A DNA stretch of 64,000 bases from positions 1-64,000 of the IMG/VR virus record IMGVR_UViG_3300009430_000001; one strand, given 5' to 3'. This document shows positions 1 to 10,143 of the stretch, piece by piece. Position numbers and translations under genes: made by a program. Numbering within the stretch: position 1 is the first letter of the stretch; each line of letters opens with the position of its first letter. Source of the stretch: a virus. Under the pieces are notes generated by a model, which saw only the letters and a list, made by a program, of their open reading frames with translations, ran no database searches and was not told the origin of the DNA.

Positions 1-17
1 ACAATGATTCGGCCGTA

Positions 18-1100
18 ATGGGTGCTGGCGGCTTCCGCCTGCAGTCCCCGGTGGACGACAGCGCTTCGGGGCTGTTGGCGTTGACTTTCACGGATGCCAC
101 GGGACTGAATCTGCTGCGCGCCGGTGATGCAGTGGAGCAGGATAATGCGGCCGTGAGCACAGCATCTCTTGCGCTCAATACGGGAAGCCTGCAGAACGGC
201 CTGAGCACTGCTAATGCGCTGCCTTCTGCGCTGATCTCGGGGGCCCAGTCGCAGCACTTGACAGCACTACCGGGCTTCCGCTCTTCGAACGGTAGATTGC
301 GATTTACATTGACGAATTGCCCTATCGGCACAACTCTTCAGTTTCAGGCTTGTTATGACAGCTCGATGGGAGCAGACGGGGAAAGAGATTTAGCGCTTTC
401 AGGTTCTGGATGGACAGGCGCTGCAGCTCGAAGCATTTGGGGCGGTGACACCAGTGGCATCAACCCTTCTGATGCTAAGTATGTGTTTACTTTGACGACG
501 ACTGCAGCAATAGTTGTTGTCGATCTTCAGCTTGATACTTCGACGCGCACGATTTCGTTGTTCGCCTTGACCCGTGGCAGTGGGGTCCGCGGCCCCGCCG
601 GCATTGTCGAATCCGTCAGCGTGCTCGATCGCAAGATCACCTTGCGCGATACGGTCGGCACCTTCACGGTCGGCCGCACGGTTCACGGCCCGGAGCGCGC
701 TCTTGAGCAGGCGACGCGCTACCTGCTGATCAACGGCCAGGGGCAGATCACCGGGCTGTCGAGCACGCAGCAGGCGCCGGTAGCGGTGCCGCTCAATGGC
801 GAGCGCGCCACGCTCACGTTCCCGGCGACATTCCCGTCGGGCCATCCGCCGGATACCGACATTCCTGATGGTTCGCACATGGTGATTCGCGCCGTGGCGG
901 AGAACATCCATGGTGCGAACCAGAAGGAGAGCGGGCCGTTCCTGCCGGCTGGTTCTGCACAGACGATCACGGCCGCCACTGCCGCGATCGGCTTCAACGG
1001 CTATGACGCGGCGGTCGCGACGCTCGAGCAATCAGCGATCACCAAGCTGCAGGGCATGGGACTGACGGATGCCGAGATCGCCGCGATCCTCGGCCGCTGA
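18..1100 (+). CDS. Tail/virion structural protein, probably 5'-partial
   Basis: Frame is open back to the window start; Thr/Gly/Ala-rich; first gene of the tail-fibre array; C-terminal KLQGMGLTDAEIAAILG helix resembles phage tail-associated proteins. Confidence 0.55.
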   Translation: MGAGGFRLQSPVDDSASGLLALTFTDATGLNLLRAGDAVEQDNAAVSTASLALNTGSLQNGLSTANALPSALISGAQSQHLTALPGFRSSNGRLRFTLTNCPIGTTLQFQACYDSSMGADGERDLALSGSGWTGAAARSIWGGDTSGINPSDAKYVFTLTTTAAIVVVDLQLDTSTRTISLFALTRGSGVRGPAGIVESVSVLDRKITLRDTVGTFTVGRTVHGPERALEQATRYLLINGQGQITGLSSTQQAPVAVPLNGERATLTFPATFPSGHPPDTDIPDGSHMVIRAVAENIHGANQKESGPFLPAGSAQTITAATAAIGFNGYDAAVATLEQSAITKLQGMGLTDAEIAAILGR

Positions 1101-1136
1101 AGCAGCTCTACCCTGATGCCAACAGCGCTCTGAGCC

Positions 1137-1955
1137 ATGCCTCCGGTCCAGCCCACAGATCTGCTGGTCGTGCAGAGGGGGCAGAGCCTGTTCAAGGTGC
1201 CGGCTTCGGCGTTCGCCACGGCCGGCGCCGGGGCTGCTGGCGCGGGCGGCCCGACAGTGAAGCCGGACTGGAATGCCGCGGTTGGCTCCGCTGCTGAGAT
1301 TGTCAATCGGCCGCTGCTGGCGTCGATCGCGACCAGTGGCCGCTACACCGACCTGATCGGCGCACCGGCGATCCCGCCGCCCTATGTGCTGCCACCGGCC
1401 ACGGGCACAACGCTCGGTGGCGTCAAAGGCGGCGGCGTGCATGTCACGATCCAGGCGGACGGGACGATCAGCGCCAACCTGCCCGGTGCACTCATCTACC
1501 GCGGCGTGATCGATGCGACGGCCAATGGGCCCACCTCTGCGCCTGGAATGGCCGGCATCGCGGCCGGCGACACCTACATCAACAACACTGATGGTGTTGC
1601 TACAGCAGCATGGACGGGCCTGACCGGTCAAGCGGTCAAGCGGCATGCGTTGATCGTCTTCGATGGCACCAACTGGCAGGAAGCTGGTGACATCGGCACC
1701 GCGATCAAGCCGGATTGGAATGCAGCCGTTGGCGGCATCAATGAGATCCTCAATCGGCCCAATCTGCATGCGGTGGCCACCAGCGGCAGCTACACCGACC
1801 TGATCAATCGGCCGCAGATTCCCGGGCCCTATACGCTGCCGGCTGCAACAGAGACCGCGCTGGGTGGCGTGATGGTGCCAACGCATTCAGGCCTGACCGT
1901 CAACAGCACCGGTCAGATCCAGGTCGACATCGCTTCTCTGCCTGCTTTGCCCTGA
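1137..1955 (+). CDS. Tail/head fibre protein with internal duplication
   Basis: Two copies of KPDWNAAVG..EI.NRP.L...ATSG.YTDLI..P.IP.PY.LP.AT.T.LGGV; fibre-like LGGVK motif. Confidence 0.75.
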   Translation: MPPVQPTDLLVVQRGQSLFKVPASAFATAGAGAAGAGGPTVKPDWNAAVGSAAEIVNRPLLASIATSGRYTDLIGAPAIPPPYVLPPATGTTLGGVKGGGVHVTIQADGTISANLPGALIYRGVIDATANGPTSAPGMAGIAAGDTYINNTDGVATAAWTGLTGQAVKRHALIVFDGTNWQEAGDIGTAIKPDWNAAVGGINEILNRPNLHAVATSGSYTDLINRPQIPGPYTLPAATETALGGVMVPTHSGLTVNSTGQIQVDIASLPALP

Positions 1956-1956
1956 G

Positions 1957-3060
1957 ATGGTCCTGATTCCCCCGCATCGAATTCCGGTCCGCATCGCACG
2001 CGGAGATCTGGTCGACCTGGAGCAGGCCCGCGATGTCGGCGAGCTCCACGAAGGCGAAGCGGTGTTCGCCAGGGATCAGGATGCGCTCTATGTCCTCGAG
2101 AATGTCGGCGGTGCGCTGGAGCTGACGAAGATCGGCGGCAGCAGCGGTGCGACGCAGATCGCGACGACGCCACCGGTGGCTGCGGTGCCGGGTTCGAGCT
2201 ACTTCAACCCGACGACGAACCAGCTGTTCGTCAGCATCCCGAATCCAGCGGTGCCCGGGGCACTGCAGTGGAGTCCGGCCGGTGGTGGCACGAAGGTGAT
2301 CGTGTCCGATACGCAGCCGGCGCTGCCGGACATCAATCACCTCGGCACGCTGTGGTTCGACACGAGCCGCAATGGGCTGCTGGTGGCGATCGAGCAGCCG
2401 CCAGGCTCGGGCATGGTGATCTGGGATCCTGCCGCGGGCCCTACGGCTGCGGGCGGGGTGATCATCAGCCCGACGATGCCGCCAGGCACGCATGCTGCCG
2501 GTACGTTCTGGTTCGACAGTGCTCACGGTGAACTATTCATCTGGTACGACGACAGCAACACCCAGCAATGGGTGAGCGCCAATGCGATCGGTGGCCATGG
2601 CGCTGCGGTGCATCAGATCCCGGTGCATGTCGGCGATACGCCGCCACCGACGCCGCAGGAAGGTGATCTCTGGTTCGAAGCCGCATCAGCCACGCTGTAC
2701 GTCTACTACGACCAGGGCGGCACGCCGAACTGGGTGCAGTCGGTGCCAGTGGCGCAGCCAGCCATCCAGAGCGCGATGGTCTACTGCGGTGATGTGGCGC
2801 CGGCCAATCCTATTCTCGGGGGGCTGTGGTGGAACAGCACAACGGGTACGCTGTATGTCTACTACGCTGATGGCACGAATCCGCCGGCGTGGGTGGCGGC
2901 CAACCCGATTACGCAGACTCATGCAGCAGGAGGCGGCGGCGGAGCTGCTGTCGGCGGTGGCGCTGCTACGGGCGTGACGCAGAACGTCTCGATCGGCAGG
3001 CCGCCTGATGAGGTGATCCTGCAGATCGTCGATGGCCTGATTGTCAACGTCATCGCCTGA
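1957..3060 (+). CDS. Tail fibre protein (G.LWFD..G.LYVYY repeats)
   Basis: About five P..P..G.(L/F)WFD/N....L(Y/F)(V/I)YY.D....WV repeats typical of cyanophage fibres. Confidence 0.75.
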   Translation: MVLIPPHRIPVRIARGDLVDLEQARDVGELHEGEAVFARDQDALYVLENVGGALELTKIGGSSGATQIATTPPVAAVPGSSYFNPTTNQLFVSIPNPAVPGALQWSPAGGGTKVIVSDTQPALPDINHLGTLWFDTSRNGLLVAIEQPPGSGMVIWDPAAGPTAAGGVIISPTMPPGTHAAGTFWFDSAHGELFIWYDDSNTQQWVSANAIGGHGAAVHQIPVHVGDTPPPTPQEGDLWFEAASATLYVYYDQGGTPNWVQSVPVAQPAIQSAMVYCGDVAPANPILGGLWWNSTTGTLYVYYADGTNPPAWVAANPITQTHAAGGGGGAAVGGGAATGVTQNVSIGRPPDEVILQIVDGLIVNVIA

Positions 3061-3062
3061 CC

Positions 3063-3377
3063 ATGACTGCAACTCCAACTGCTCCACTGACGGCCGCTGG
3101 CGCCATCGATTTCCCCGACACAACGGGACAGCCGACTGATGGCAGCTTTCAGGTCATCGCGGCAGGTCGCACGTACTCCTGGAACGGTTCGGCCTGGCGG
3201 AACATCGGCGCAGCCGATAACGTCTCCGCCATGCATGATCTCTCGGATTTAACGGATGCTGCGACGCAGCTGGCGGGGTCTGCCATTCGCGGCATCGTCG
3301 TTCGTCATGCGACGCGGCCGGACTACGACCCGGACTCCTTCGCTGTCATTGACACCATCGACTACGGCACGTACTGA
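3063..3377 (+). CDS. Small tail-fibre module protein
   Basis: DFPDTTGQPTDGSF N-module, YSWNGSAW, DLSDLTD and C-terminal ID.GTY. Confidence 0.7.
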   Translation: MTATPTAPLTAAGAIDFPDTTGQPTDGSFQVIAAGRTYSWNGSAWRNIGAADNVSAMHDLSDLTDAATQLAGSAIRGIVVRHATRPDYDPDSFAVIDTIDYGTY

Positions 3378-3379
3378 TC

Positions 3380-3760
3380 ATGGCTATTCAGCTTCCCGAC
3401 CCTCAGGTCAGCAGCACTTTCACGGCGAACAACGGCGTCACTTATAGCTGGAACGGAAGCGCCTGGGATTTTTTCGTTCCTGGTGGTGGCAATCTCCCCG
3501 GTGGTGGCGGTGGCGTCGCTGGCGGACTGGCAGCGCTGGGCCAGGAGGGCGTGAGCATCTCGCCGACTCCGCCGCAAACAAATGTGGTTGGAGCGTTCTG
3601 GATTGATTCAGCAGGCGGGCGGCCGGATCTGAAGTTGTGGGATGGCACCCGCTGGATTTCAGCCGTCGAGGGCATTGATGGCATCGTTGACAAGACCGAT
3701 GCCAGTGGCCAGCGGCAGGTGCTGGGCATCGGCACCATTGATGCAGGCCTGATGCCCTGA
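3380..3760 (+). CDS. Small tail-fibre module protein
   Basis: TYSWNGSAW and GAFWIDS..LKLWDGTRW motifs; C-terminal IDAG. Confidence 0.7.
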   Translation: MAIQLPDPQVSSTFTANNGVTYSWNGSAWDFFVPGGGNLPGGGGGVAGGLAALGQEGVSISPTPPQTNVVGAFWIDSAGGRPDLKLWDGTRWISAVEGIDGIVDKTDASGQRQVLGIGTIDAGLMP

Positions 3761-3800
3761 GGTTCCGGCCGTACCCTGAGTCCGAGGCGACAGGCGGAGC

Positions 3801-6800
3801 GTGACCCTTCACAAAAAAGAGAGGCGATCTGCTGCCCTGCATCAGGGTGCTGCAGCTGCGCCAACGGACACCGGCGCTGTCGGCGGCAGCCCCGTAGCGC
3901 CGGATCCGAATCGGCCTGGACTGGCGTATCTCGAGATCGGCGAGATCGCGCTGAATTACAACCACAGTGATCCCGCCATCTTCTTTCGGCTGGATGATGA
4001 CACGGTTGCGAAGTTCTCGCCAACTGCCGGCCTGAAGATCGTCAATACCGCAGCCAATCTGCCGGCACCAACAGCAACGGTTGCGCCACCGCCAGACGGC
4101 GCGTCGTTCCTGGTTCGGTTCGCCGCTGACGCAGTCACGCCGCTCGGGAGAATGGCGACGTGGGACTCGAGCCTGCCGGCTCCAGCCACTGCGGCTCCGG
4201 GCGCACCGCAGGGTGATTGGCGCTGGGACACCGGTGAGGTGTTCGTCAAGGCCCAGGCGGCCGATCCGGACTGGCTGGCCACGGGCCCTCATGCGGTGCC
4301 GCTGGCGCCGGGGGATTTCCAGATCACGACGGAGGCTGGCGCGGAAGCGATCCAGCTCTGGGACGGAACGGCCTGGGTGCCGGTGTTCGATGCGCAGGAG
4401 CTCCACCGGCGCTTCGCCGGGATCCTGCGGGTGGACCGGGCGGCGAATCTGCCGGCCTCGAGCCTGGCTTCTCCGCTGACGGCCAACCAGCTCGCCTTCA
4501 TCGAGCAGGATGCGGCCGGCGGGCTTGATCCGCATCTGGCGATCTGGCGGGAGACGACGGCTGCAGTGGGTGGCGCCACCCCGGCCGCGTCGGTGGGCGA
4601 ATGGCAGGAGCTGCGGCCCTTGTACCGCGGGTCCGTGCAACGGCCGAGCGACCTGCCGACTCCAGCGCTGGGTGCGCCACTGCAGGAGGGGCTCACCTTC
4701 CTGGTGCGCACCACGCAGAACGGTGATCCGCTCAATCAGCTGCAGGTGTTCCACGAGACGGCGCCTGAGGTGCCGGGCACCACGGCGCAGCAGGGTCAGT
4801 GGTCTCCAATCGATCAGACGATCTTCGCGAAGGGGACGCGCAACGATCCCGATCCCACCGCCGGCATGACGCACGGCGATCTGCTCGTCACCACCGAGGC
4901 GGATCACGAGCAGATCAAGGTCTACGACAGCGTGGCTGGTGCATGGCATCTGCTCTACTCGGAGGACATTGTCAAGGGCTGGATTGCCGCTCTGAGCCTG
5001 TTCCAAGGGACTGTCGCAGAAGATGGCACCACACAGCCTGGTGTAGTGGCGTTCAGTGATCTGCCTTATCTGCCCTCCAATACCCAGCAGATGGCGGAGC
5101 TGGCGGCGCATTATTACACCTTCGTCGGCACGCCTGGTTATCACATCGTCGGTCCCAGTCCGACAGGTGGTGGCATTTCGACGCTGGGCAGTCCTCAGCC
5201 GGCGACGCTGACGCCTCTGCCACAGGCAGGGCTGCCGTACACGAGTCCGGAGTTGCCGCTGGTTCCCTCCGTCCCCGGAGCAGCCAATGGTGTTGGCGGC
5301 CGTGCGGTGCTGCAGATCGACGCCGCGGGTGTGATCACGGTGGCGTTGCGCCGTGCCGGCCGCGGCTACGCCAGGAATGATGTGCTGACGCTCGCGGATC
5401 CGAGCGCACCGGGTGGACTGCTGGAGCTGACGCTCGACGTGTCGGCCGCGGGCCAGAGCGGTGGTGATGCCTGTGGCCTGGGTGTTGACCTGGCGGGCGC
5501 GGTGCTGCAGGTGGGGGACTGGCTGCAGGTGGTGAACCGCGGCACCCCCCAGGCGCCGGACATGCACTGGACGCATATCGGCGGTGACCTGCTGGCCAAG
5601 GCGCGGGCGGATCTGCTCTATGGCCTGCAGAGCTGGGCGCAGGGCACCTGGGAGGCCGGTGCGCTGGTCGTTTACAACGGCAAGGTCTGGCGTGCGGCGC
5701 GGGCGATCACCGCTGCTGATGGCGCGCCGGGCTCGAGGCTGTTTCCGTTCACGGTTGCAGCTTCGCCATCGGCAGGCCTGGTTGGTGTGTCGATGGGCAC
5801 GGCTCTCGCGCGGCTGTCCGGATCAGCGGCGGGTGACTGGATTGAATGCACTGCCGACACGAACCTGGGCAGTCAGGGGCCATTCGCCACTACAAGCATT
5901 CAGCGAGGAGATCGTTTTGTTTCTATCGGCGATCCGGTGATCAATGGTGTCACTATCGATGGCTACACCGTCAGCCGGGGCGTGATTCGCGTCCCGGCTG
6001 CGGCAGTGGCAGCAGGTGGAACGAACTGGGTGCCGATCTCACCGGTGGAGATCCCGTCATCGACCTGGACGCCGATCGACATCGACGCCGGCCTCAAGAC
6101 CGTGGCCGATGATGCCGCCCTGCCGCGGGTGCCGCTGCCGAATGATCTGATCTTCGTGATCAGCTCCGCGCGCAACCACAACAAGCCGTCGCTGCTGATG
6201 TGGGACGTGGTGGCCCGTGACTGGGTGGTGGTCGGCGGCGGTCTGCCGATGGATCTGTCCGGCGGCGTGGGCCTGACGAACATCGGTACACCGATCGGCT
6301 CGATCGTCGCCTGGCCGTCCGTCACGATTCCAAGCGGGTGGATCCTGTGCGATGGCCGCACGCTGAATGTGGGCCAGTACCCGCAGCTGCAGGCGGTGCT
6401 GGGTGGCCGGCAGATTCCGGATTTGCGCGGGCAGTTCATCCGCGGCCATGATCCGCGCTGGACGACCCGGTACCTGGGGCAGCAGCATCCGTGGACGACG
6501 GGCCGGCCGCGTGGGGCTCCGTTCACCGGCAACAGCAACGCGGCCGGTCAGCACAACCACGCTGCGCACCCTACCCTGCGGTGGCACGGCTTGTCCGGTG
6601 GCAGCGGTTCATCAAACCTGGAGTGGGGCCTGGAGTGGGGCAGTGGTTCGAGCATTAAGAAGGACGAGTGGACGCAGCTTGACGGTGATCACTACCACAC
6701 CACCAACATCTCCAGCGGCGGTGATGCTGAAACCGCGCCGGATCATGTGACCTTGAACTACATCATCAAGGCCTTCGAAACCCTCGTCACCGCACAACCA

Positions 6801-6803
6801 TGA
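3801..6803 (+). CDS. Long tail fibre protein with C-terminal tail-collar domain
   Basis: N-terminal GEIALNY module; C-terminal PIGSIVAWP...GWILCDG...YPQL...IPDLRGQFIRG...LNYIIKA collar signature. Confidence 0.85.
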   Translation: MTLHKKERRSAALHQGAAAAPTDTGAVGGSPVAPDPNRPGLAYLEIGEIALNYNHSDPAIFFRLDDDTVAKFSPTAGLKIVNTAANLPAPTATVAPPPDGASFLVRFAADAVTPLGRMATWDSSLPAPATAAPGAPQGDWRWDTGEVFVKAQAADPDWLATGPHAVPLAPGDFQITTEAGAEAIQLWDGTAWVPVFDAQELHRRFAGILRVDRAANLPASSLASPLTANQLAFIEQDAAGGLDPHLAIWRETTAAVGGATPAASVGEWQELRPLYRGSVQRPSDLPTPALGAPLQEGLTFLVRTTQNGDPLNQLQVFHETAPEVPGTTAQQGQWSPIDQTIFAKGTRNDPDPTAGMTHGDLLVTTEADHEQIKVYDSVAGAWHLLYSEDIVKGWIAALSLFQGTVAEDGTTQPGVVAFSDLPYLPSNTQQMAELAAHYYTFVGTPGYHIVGPSPTGGGISTLGSPQPATLTPLPQAGLPYTSPELPLVPSVPGAANGVGGRAVLQIDAAGVITVALRRAGRGYARNDVLTLADPSAPGGLLELTLDVSAAGQSGGDACGLGVDLAGAVLQVGDWLQVVNRGTPQAPDMHWTHIGGDLLAKARADLLYGLQSWAQGTWEAGALVVYNGKVWRAARAITAADGAPGSRLFPFTVAASPSAGLVGVSMGTALARLSGSAAGDWIECTADTNLGSQGPFATTSIQRGDRFVSIGDPVINGVTIDGYTVSRGVIRVPAAAVAAGGTNWVPISPVEIPSSTWTPIDIDAGLKTVADDAALPRVPLPNDLIFVISSARNHNKPSLLMWDVVARDWVVVGGGLPMDLSGGVGLTNIGTPIGSIVAWPSVTIPSGWILCDGRTLNVGQYPQLQAVLGGRQIPDLRGQFIRGHDPRWTTRYLGQQHPWTTGRPRGAPFTGNSNAAGQHNHAAHPTLRWHGLSGGSGSSNLEWGLEWGSGSSIKKDEWTQLDGDHYHTTNISSGGDAETAPDHVTLNYIIKAFETLVTAQP

Positions 6804-8833
6804 CGCAATCTGGATCTCAACCCACGGATCGAAGGCTTGTTATTTGGGAGGCGCAGGCAGGCAATCCCGATCAGGGCCGCATGTTCGCGCTGCCGCCAAA
6901 TCAGGCCAGTGGCGTGCCGCTGCCGACGGCGCGCATTGCCGCCGGGATTCCCGCCGTGGGCGGTGTTGTCGGTGAGCTGCTCTATGACACGATCACGCGA
7001 CGCGGTGTGGTGTGGACCGGCTCGAACTGGCTCGACATCAGCGCCAGTGCAATCGTGCGCTTCCCCACGGATGCGGCCCTGAAGGCCGACACCACGCAGG
7101 TGACGGGCACCTATGCGGTGAGCCAGGCAACGGGCAACCCCTACGTCTACACCGCCACCGGCTGGCTGAAGGTCGGGACGCAGGAATACCCGGATGTGCG
7201 GACGCTGCTGGCGGACAATCCGGCCCACGGCACCGTCGGCCTGGCGATGGATGAAGGTTCGCTGTGGGAGCGCGGGCCGACCGCCTGGCAGTCGCTGTCG
7301 ATGCGTGAGCTGGTCGACACCGATGAGGTGTTCAACTGGCGGTCCAATGAAGGCGGCAGCATTGGCGATCGAGCCCTTGCGGTGGATGTGAATGTGCAGT
7401 ACATCCGCACTGCTCACGGCTGGCGGCCGGCCTCGATCTATGAGGACACCGAAGCGGCCATCAAAGCGGCGACCTGGGCGATCAATGGCCAGCAGGCGAT
7501 CAGCACCGACACCGGCCAGACGTTCGTCTATGTGCGCGAGAGCTGGAGCGATCTGCCGGCTGCCGCGGCGATCAGCGTGGTGGCGGATCAAGCAGCCCGC
7601 CTGGCTGTGGCCACCCCGGCCACGGGCAAGATCGTCGCGCAGCGGGACACGCAGCACGCCTGGCGGTGGGATGGCAGTGCCTGGGTGGATCTCGATGAGA
7701 TCCACATCTATGCCACCGACGCCGATCGGCTGGCCGCCGAGCCACCGGTGGACACCGTGGCCCTGGTGCGGGCCGCAGGCGTGACGGCCTTGAGCGGCGC
7801 GTGGTCGATCCGCACGGCAGGGCAGTGGCAGCAGGATCCGATCCAGCACTACGCCACCGAAGCGGCGCTGCTGGCTGACAGCCCGCCGGACGGGACGCTG
7901 GCCTGGGGCGATGACACCGGCCTGGTGTACGCCCGCCACGGCGGGCAGTGGACGCGGGTGAATAGCCCGACGATCACGATCGGCGCTCACCCGACCACCC
8001 CGGCAGCAGGTGACCTGAACTACCGCGCCGGTCGCGGCCTGCAGGTCTGGGATGGGACCGCCTGGCAGGAAGTGGGCGGTTCAGCCGTCACGGTGGCGAC
8101 GACGGCGCCTGCGGGTCCACAAGCTGGTGATCTCTGGTATGCGACAAATCGCCTGGGACGGTTCAAGGTCTATGACGGCAACAGCTGGCAGGAAACCAGT
8201 GGCGTCAAGTACACCCGTGGCGCCATTGCCAGCAGGCCTGCATATAGCAACTCGGATTATGGCGACATCTTTGAGGACAGCACCACAGGCGAACTGTGGA
8301 TGGCGCTCCGGCATGACTGGCGCCTGATCTCCTTTCCGGCCGAGGACTGGTCGAGTCTGGCAATCGCTCTTGCTCCCGAACGTGTCACAAAACTATCCGG
8401 CCGGATGTATGTCCACCCGCTCGGCGGCAATGGCGGTGGCGCTCATCTCATTCTGGCTTTCAACAAGCAAGGCGGCGGCAAGTTGATGAATAGCGACTTC
8501 ACCATCAACAAGACAGGTGCTTACAATCTTACCGCTAACAACTGGGCGTCGAGAGATTATGATGGCGGCGGCGGGGGCGGCAATGGGTGGTATGGCTGCT
8601 CTTTTCACCCTGTGAAGCCAGGTTCATCTGCTGGATTTGACCTGACGGCAACAACAATCGGCGACAGCTGGTGCATTGAAGTTCGCGCTTCTTTTGTCGA
8701 TAGTAGCAATGATCTTTGTCATTCGGTTGCGCTGTTTGAGTGGAATCAACCGGCCCACCCGCTATCGGAGATTTATTTCTCCACTGTTCAAGGACAGTCG
8801 TCCGTTAGTTACAACGTCGCGCAGATCAGCTGA
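6800..8833 (+). CDS. Tail fibre / receptor-binding protein
   Basis: Repeated W(D/T)G..W and GDLW modules; visibly AT-richer C-terminal domain; ATGA coupling to the upstream gene. Confidence 0.75.
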   Translation: MTQSGSQPTDRRLVIWEAQAGNPDQGRMFALPPNQASGVPLPTARIAAGIPAVGGVVGELLYDTITRRGVVWTGSNWLDISASAIVRFPTDAALKADTTQVTGTYAVSQATGNPYVYTATGWLKVGTQEYPDVRTLLADNPAHGTVGLAMDEGSLWERGPTAWQSLSMRELVDTDEVFNWRSNEGGSIGDRALAVDVNVQYIRTAHGWRPASIYEDTEAAIKAATWAINGQQAISTDTGQTFVYVRESWSDLPAAAAISVVADQAARLAVATPATGKIVAQRDTQHAWRWDGSAWVDLDEIHIYATDADRLAAEPPVDTVALVRAAGVTALSGAWSIRTAGQWQQDPIQHYATEAALLADSPPDGTLAWGDDTGLVYARHGGQWTRVNSPTITIGAHPTTPAAGDLNYRAGRGLQVWDGTAWQEVGGSAVTVATTAPAGPQAGDLWYATNRLGRFKVYDGNSWQETSGVKYTRGAIASRPAYSNSDYGDIFEDSTTGELWMALRHDWRLISFPAEDWSSLAIALAPERVTKLSGRMYVHPLGGNGGGAHLILAFNKQGGGKLMNSDFTINKTGAYNLTANNWASRDYDGGGGGGNGWYGCSFHPVKPGSSAGFDLTATTIGDSWCIEVRASFVDSSNDLCHSVALFEWNQPAHPLSEIYFSTVQGQSSVSYNVAQIS

Positions 8834-8889
8834 TGGACACCCGCCGCTCCGGTTACGTCCTGGCCTTCCTGCTGACGATGCTGGCCTGA
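8833..8889 (+). pseudogene. 18-codon truncated paralogue of the 9119..9499 membrane protein N-terminus
   Basis: MDTRRSGYVLAFLLTMLA* versus MNRKAGLVLAFLLALMA; TGATG coupling to the upstream fibre gene. Confidence 0.55.
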
Positions 8890-8906
8890 TTTGTGGGATA
8901 TAGCAA

Positions 8907-9122
8907 ATGCCTAAGTACCTGCAGCGATGGATCCTAATGGTGCTCGCCACCATCTCGATTTTGGCTGTAGGGCAGACGGTCGGCTGCGAAGTGAAGGCAT
9001 GGCGCGGCCATGTAGACGAGAAGTGCGTGGATGTCGAGACACGTACCCTGGCTGTGCTGCTGTCCATGCTCACGACGCTGCTGGGCTTGTCTAGCAATCC
9101 CAATACCGGAGACGAGCCGTGA
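8907..9122 (+). CDS. Two-TM membrane protein, holin candidate
   Basis: Two hydrophobic segments around a Cys-bounded loop; upstream of lysozyme. Confidence 0.55.
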   Translation: MPKYLQRWILMVLATISILAVGQTVGCEVKAWRGHVDEKCVDVETRTLAVLLSMLTTLLGLSSNPNTGDEP

Positions 9123-9499
9123 ATCGCAAGGCCGGGTTGGTGCTGGCATTCCTGCTGGCATTGATGGCTTCATTGATGGTGGGCAGCCTTGGCGTGCTGG
9201 TCTGGCGCGCAAAGGAATGCAGTGACTACGAGCAGGCGCTGCTGAAGCGACTGGAGAGCGTCCCCGCCGGAAGCCTGCGCGCACGGGAGATCCGGCAGGA
9301 GATTCAGCAGAGCTTCAGCGGATCGCTGCGTGATTGCAGCGCCGTGGAGCGCAACTTCGGTGAGAATGTGGACAAATTCCTCGCAGTTGTGCTCAGCCTG
9401 CTCACTGGAGCCGGCATCTCCGCTGCAGCCGCCAAGCCATGGGAGGCCAGCACCGCGGATCGACTCATGGACAACGCTGATTCCAATCGCATCGACTGA
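9119..9499 (+). CDS. Two-TM membrane protein, holin candidate
   Basis: N- and C-terminal hydrophobic helices with two Cys; directly upstream of lysozyme. Confidence 0.55.
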   Translation: MNRKAGLVLAFLLALMASLMVGSLGVLVWRAKECSDYEQALLKRLESVPAGSLRAREIRQEIQQSFSGSLRDCSAVERNFGENVDKFLAVVLSLLTGAGISAAAAKPWEASTADRLMDNADSNRID

Positions 9500-9501
9500 G
9501 C

Positions 9502-9912
9502 ATGGACAAGCACAAGCTGATCGAAGAACTGAAGCGCGACGAAGGGTGCGTGTTGCATCCTTACAGAGACAGCATGGACATTCTCACGATCGGCGTCGGC
9601 CGCAATCTCGAGGCCCATGGCATCAGCATGCATGAAGCTGAGGTGATGCTCAGCAATGACATCGACAATCACTGGAAAGCGCTGCTCGAGGCGCTGCCGT
9701 GGGTGGAGCAGCTGAGCGAGGCACGGCAGCGTGCGATGCTCAACATGGCCTTCAACCTGGGCATCAGCGGTCTTCTGCAGTTCAAGCGCAGCCTGGCGGC
9801 ATTGCAGGCTGGCGATTATCCCCGTGCAGCGGACATGTTCCTCGACTCGCACTGGGCCATGCAGGTAGGCGATCGCGCCAAGCGTGTGTGCAAGATGATC
9901 CGCGAGGGTTGA
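9502..9912 (+). CDS. Phage lysozyme (GH24) endolysin
   Basis: LKRDEG...Y.DS....TIGVGRNL catalytic E-8-D-5-T pattern; NMAFNLG; DSHWAMQVGDRA. Confidence 0.92.
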   Translation: MDKHKLIEELKRDEGCVLHPYRDSMDILTIGVGRNLEAHGISMHEAEVMLSNDIDNHWKALLEALPWVEQLSEARQRAMLNMAFNLGISGLLQFKRSLAALQAGDYPRAADMFLDSHWAMQVGDRAKRVCKMIREG

Positions 9913-9943
9913 ATCGTACCCTGGACGGAGTCACAGCAGAAGC

Positions 9944-10141
9944 ATGCCATTGCGCCCTGATGAGCTCCGGATGGTGGAAGCCATCGCCACCCAGGCGGCC
10001 CAGGCGGCAGGCGCCGCTCAGCCAGCCCCCGCGCCTGCGCCGGCCCCGAGTGGATTCACCGGCACGGTGCATGTGGATGATGGCTCCGGCGCCATTCAGG
10101 CGCTCACCTTCGCGAACGGCCTCCTGAAGACGGTGGCCTGA
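9944..10141 (+). CDS. Small hypothetical virion-associated protein
   Basis: Preceded by a TACCCTGG box; C-terminal LTFANGLL like fibre ends. Confidence 0.55.
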   Translation: MPLRPDELRMVEAIATQAAQAAGAAQPAPAPAPAPSGFTGTVHVDDGSGAIQALTFANGLLKTVA

Positions 10142-10143
10142 TC

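Noticed and set aside
3438-5576. 712-aa minus-strand ORF and similar long antisense ORFs (6758-7990, 35470-36936, 25512-26456, 26572-27516)
   Set aside because: Shadow frames of GC-rich genes on the other strand; no motifs
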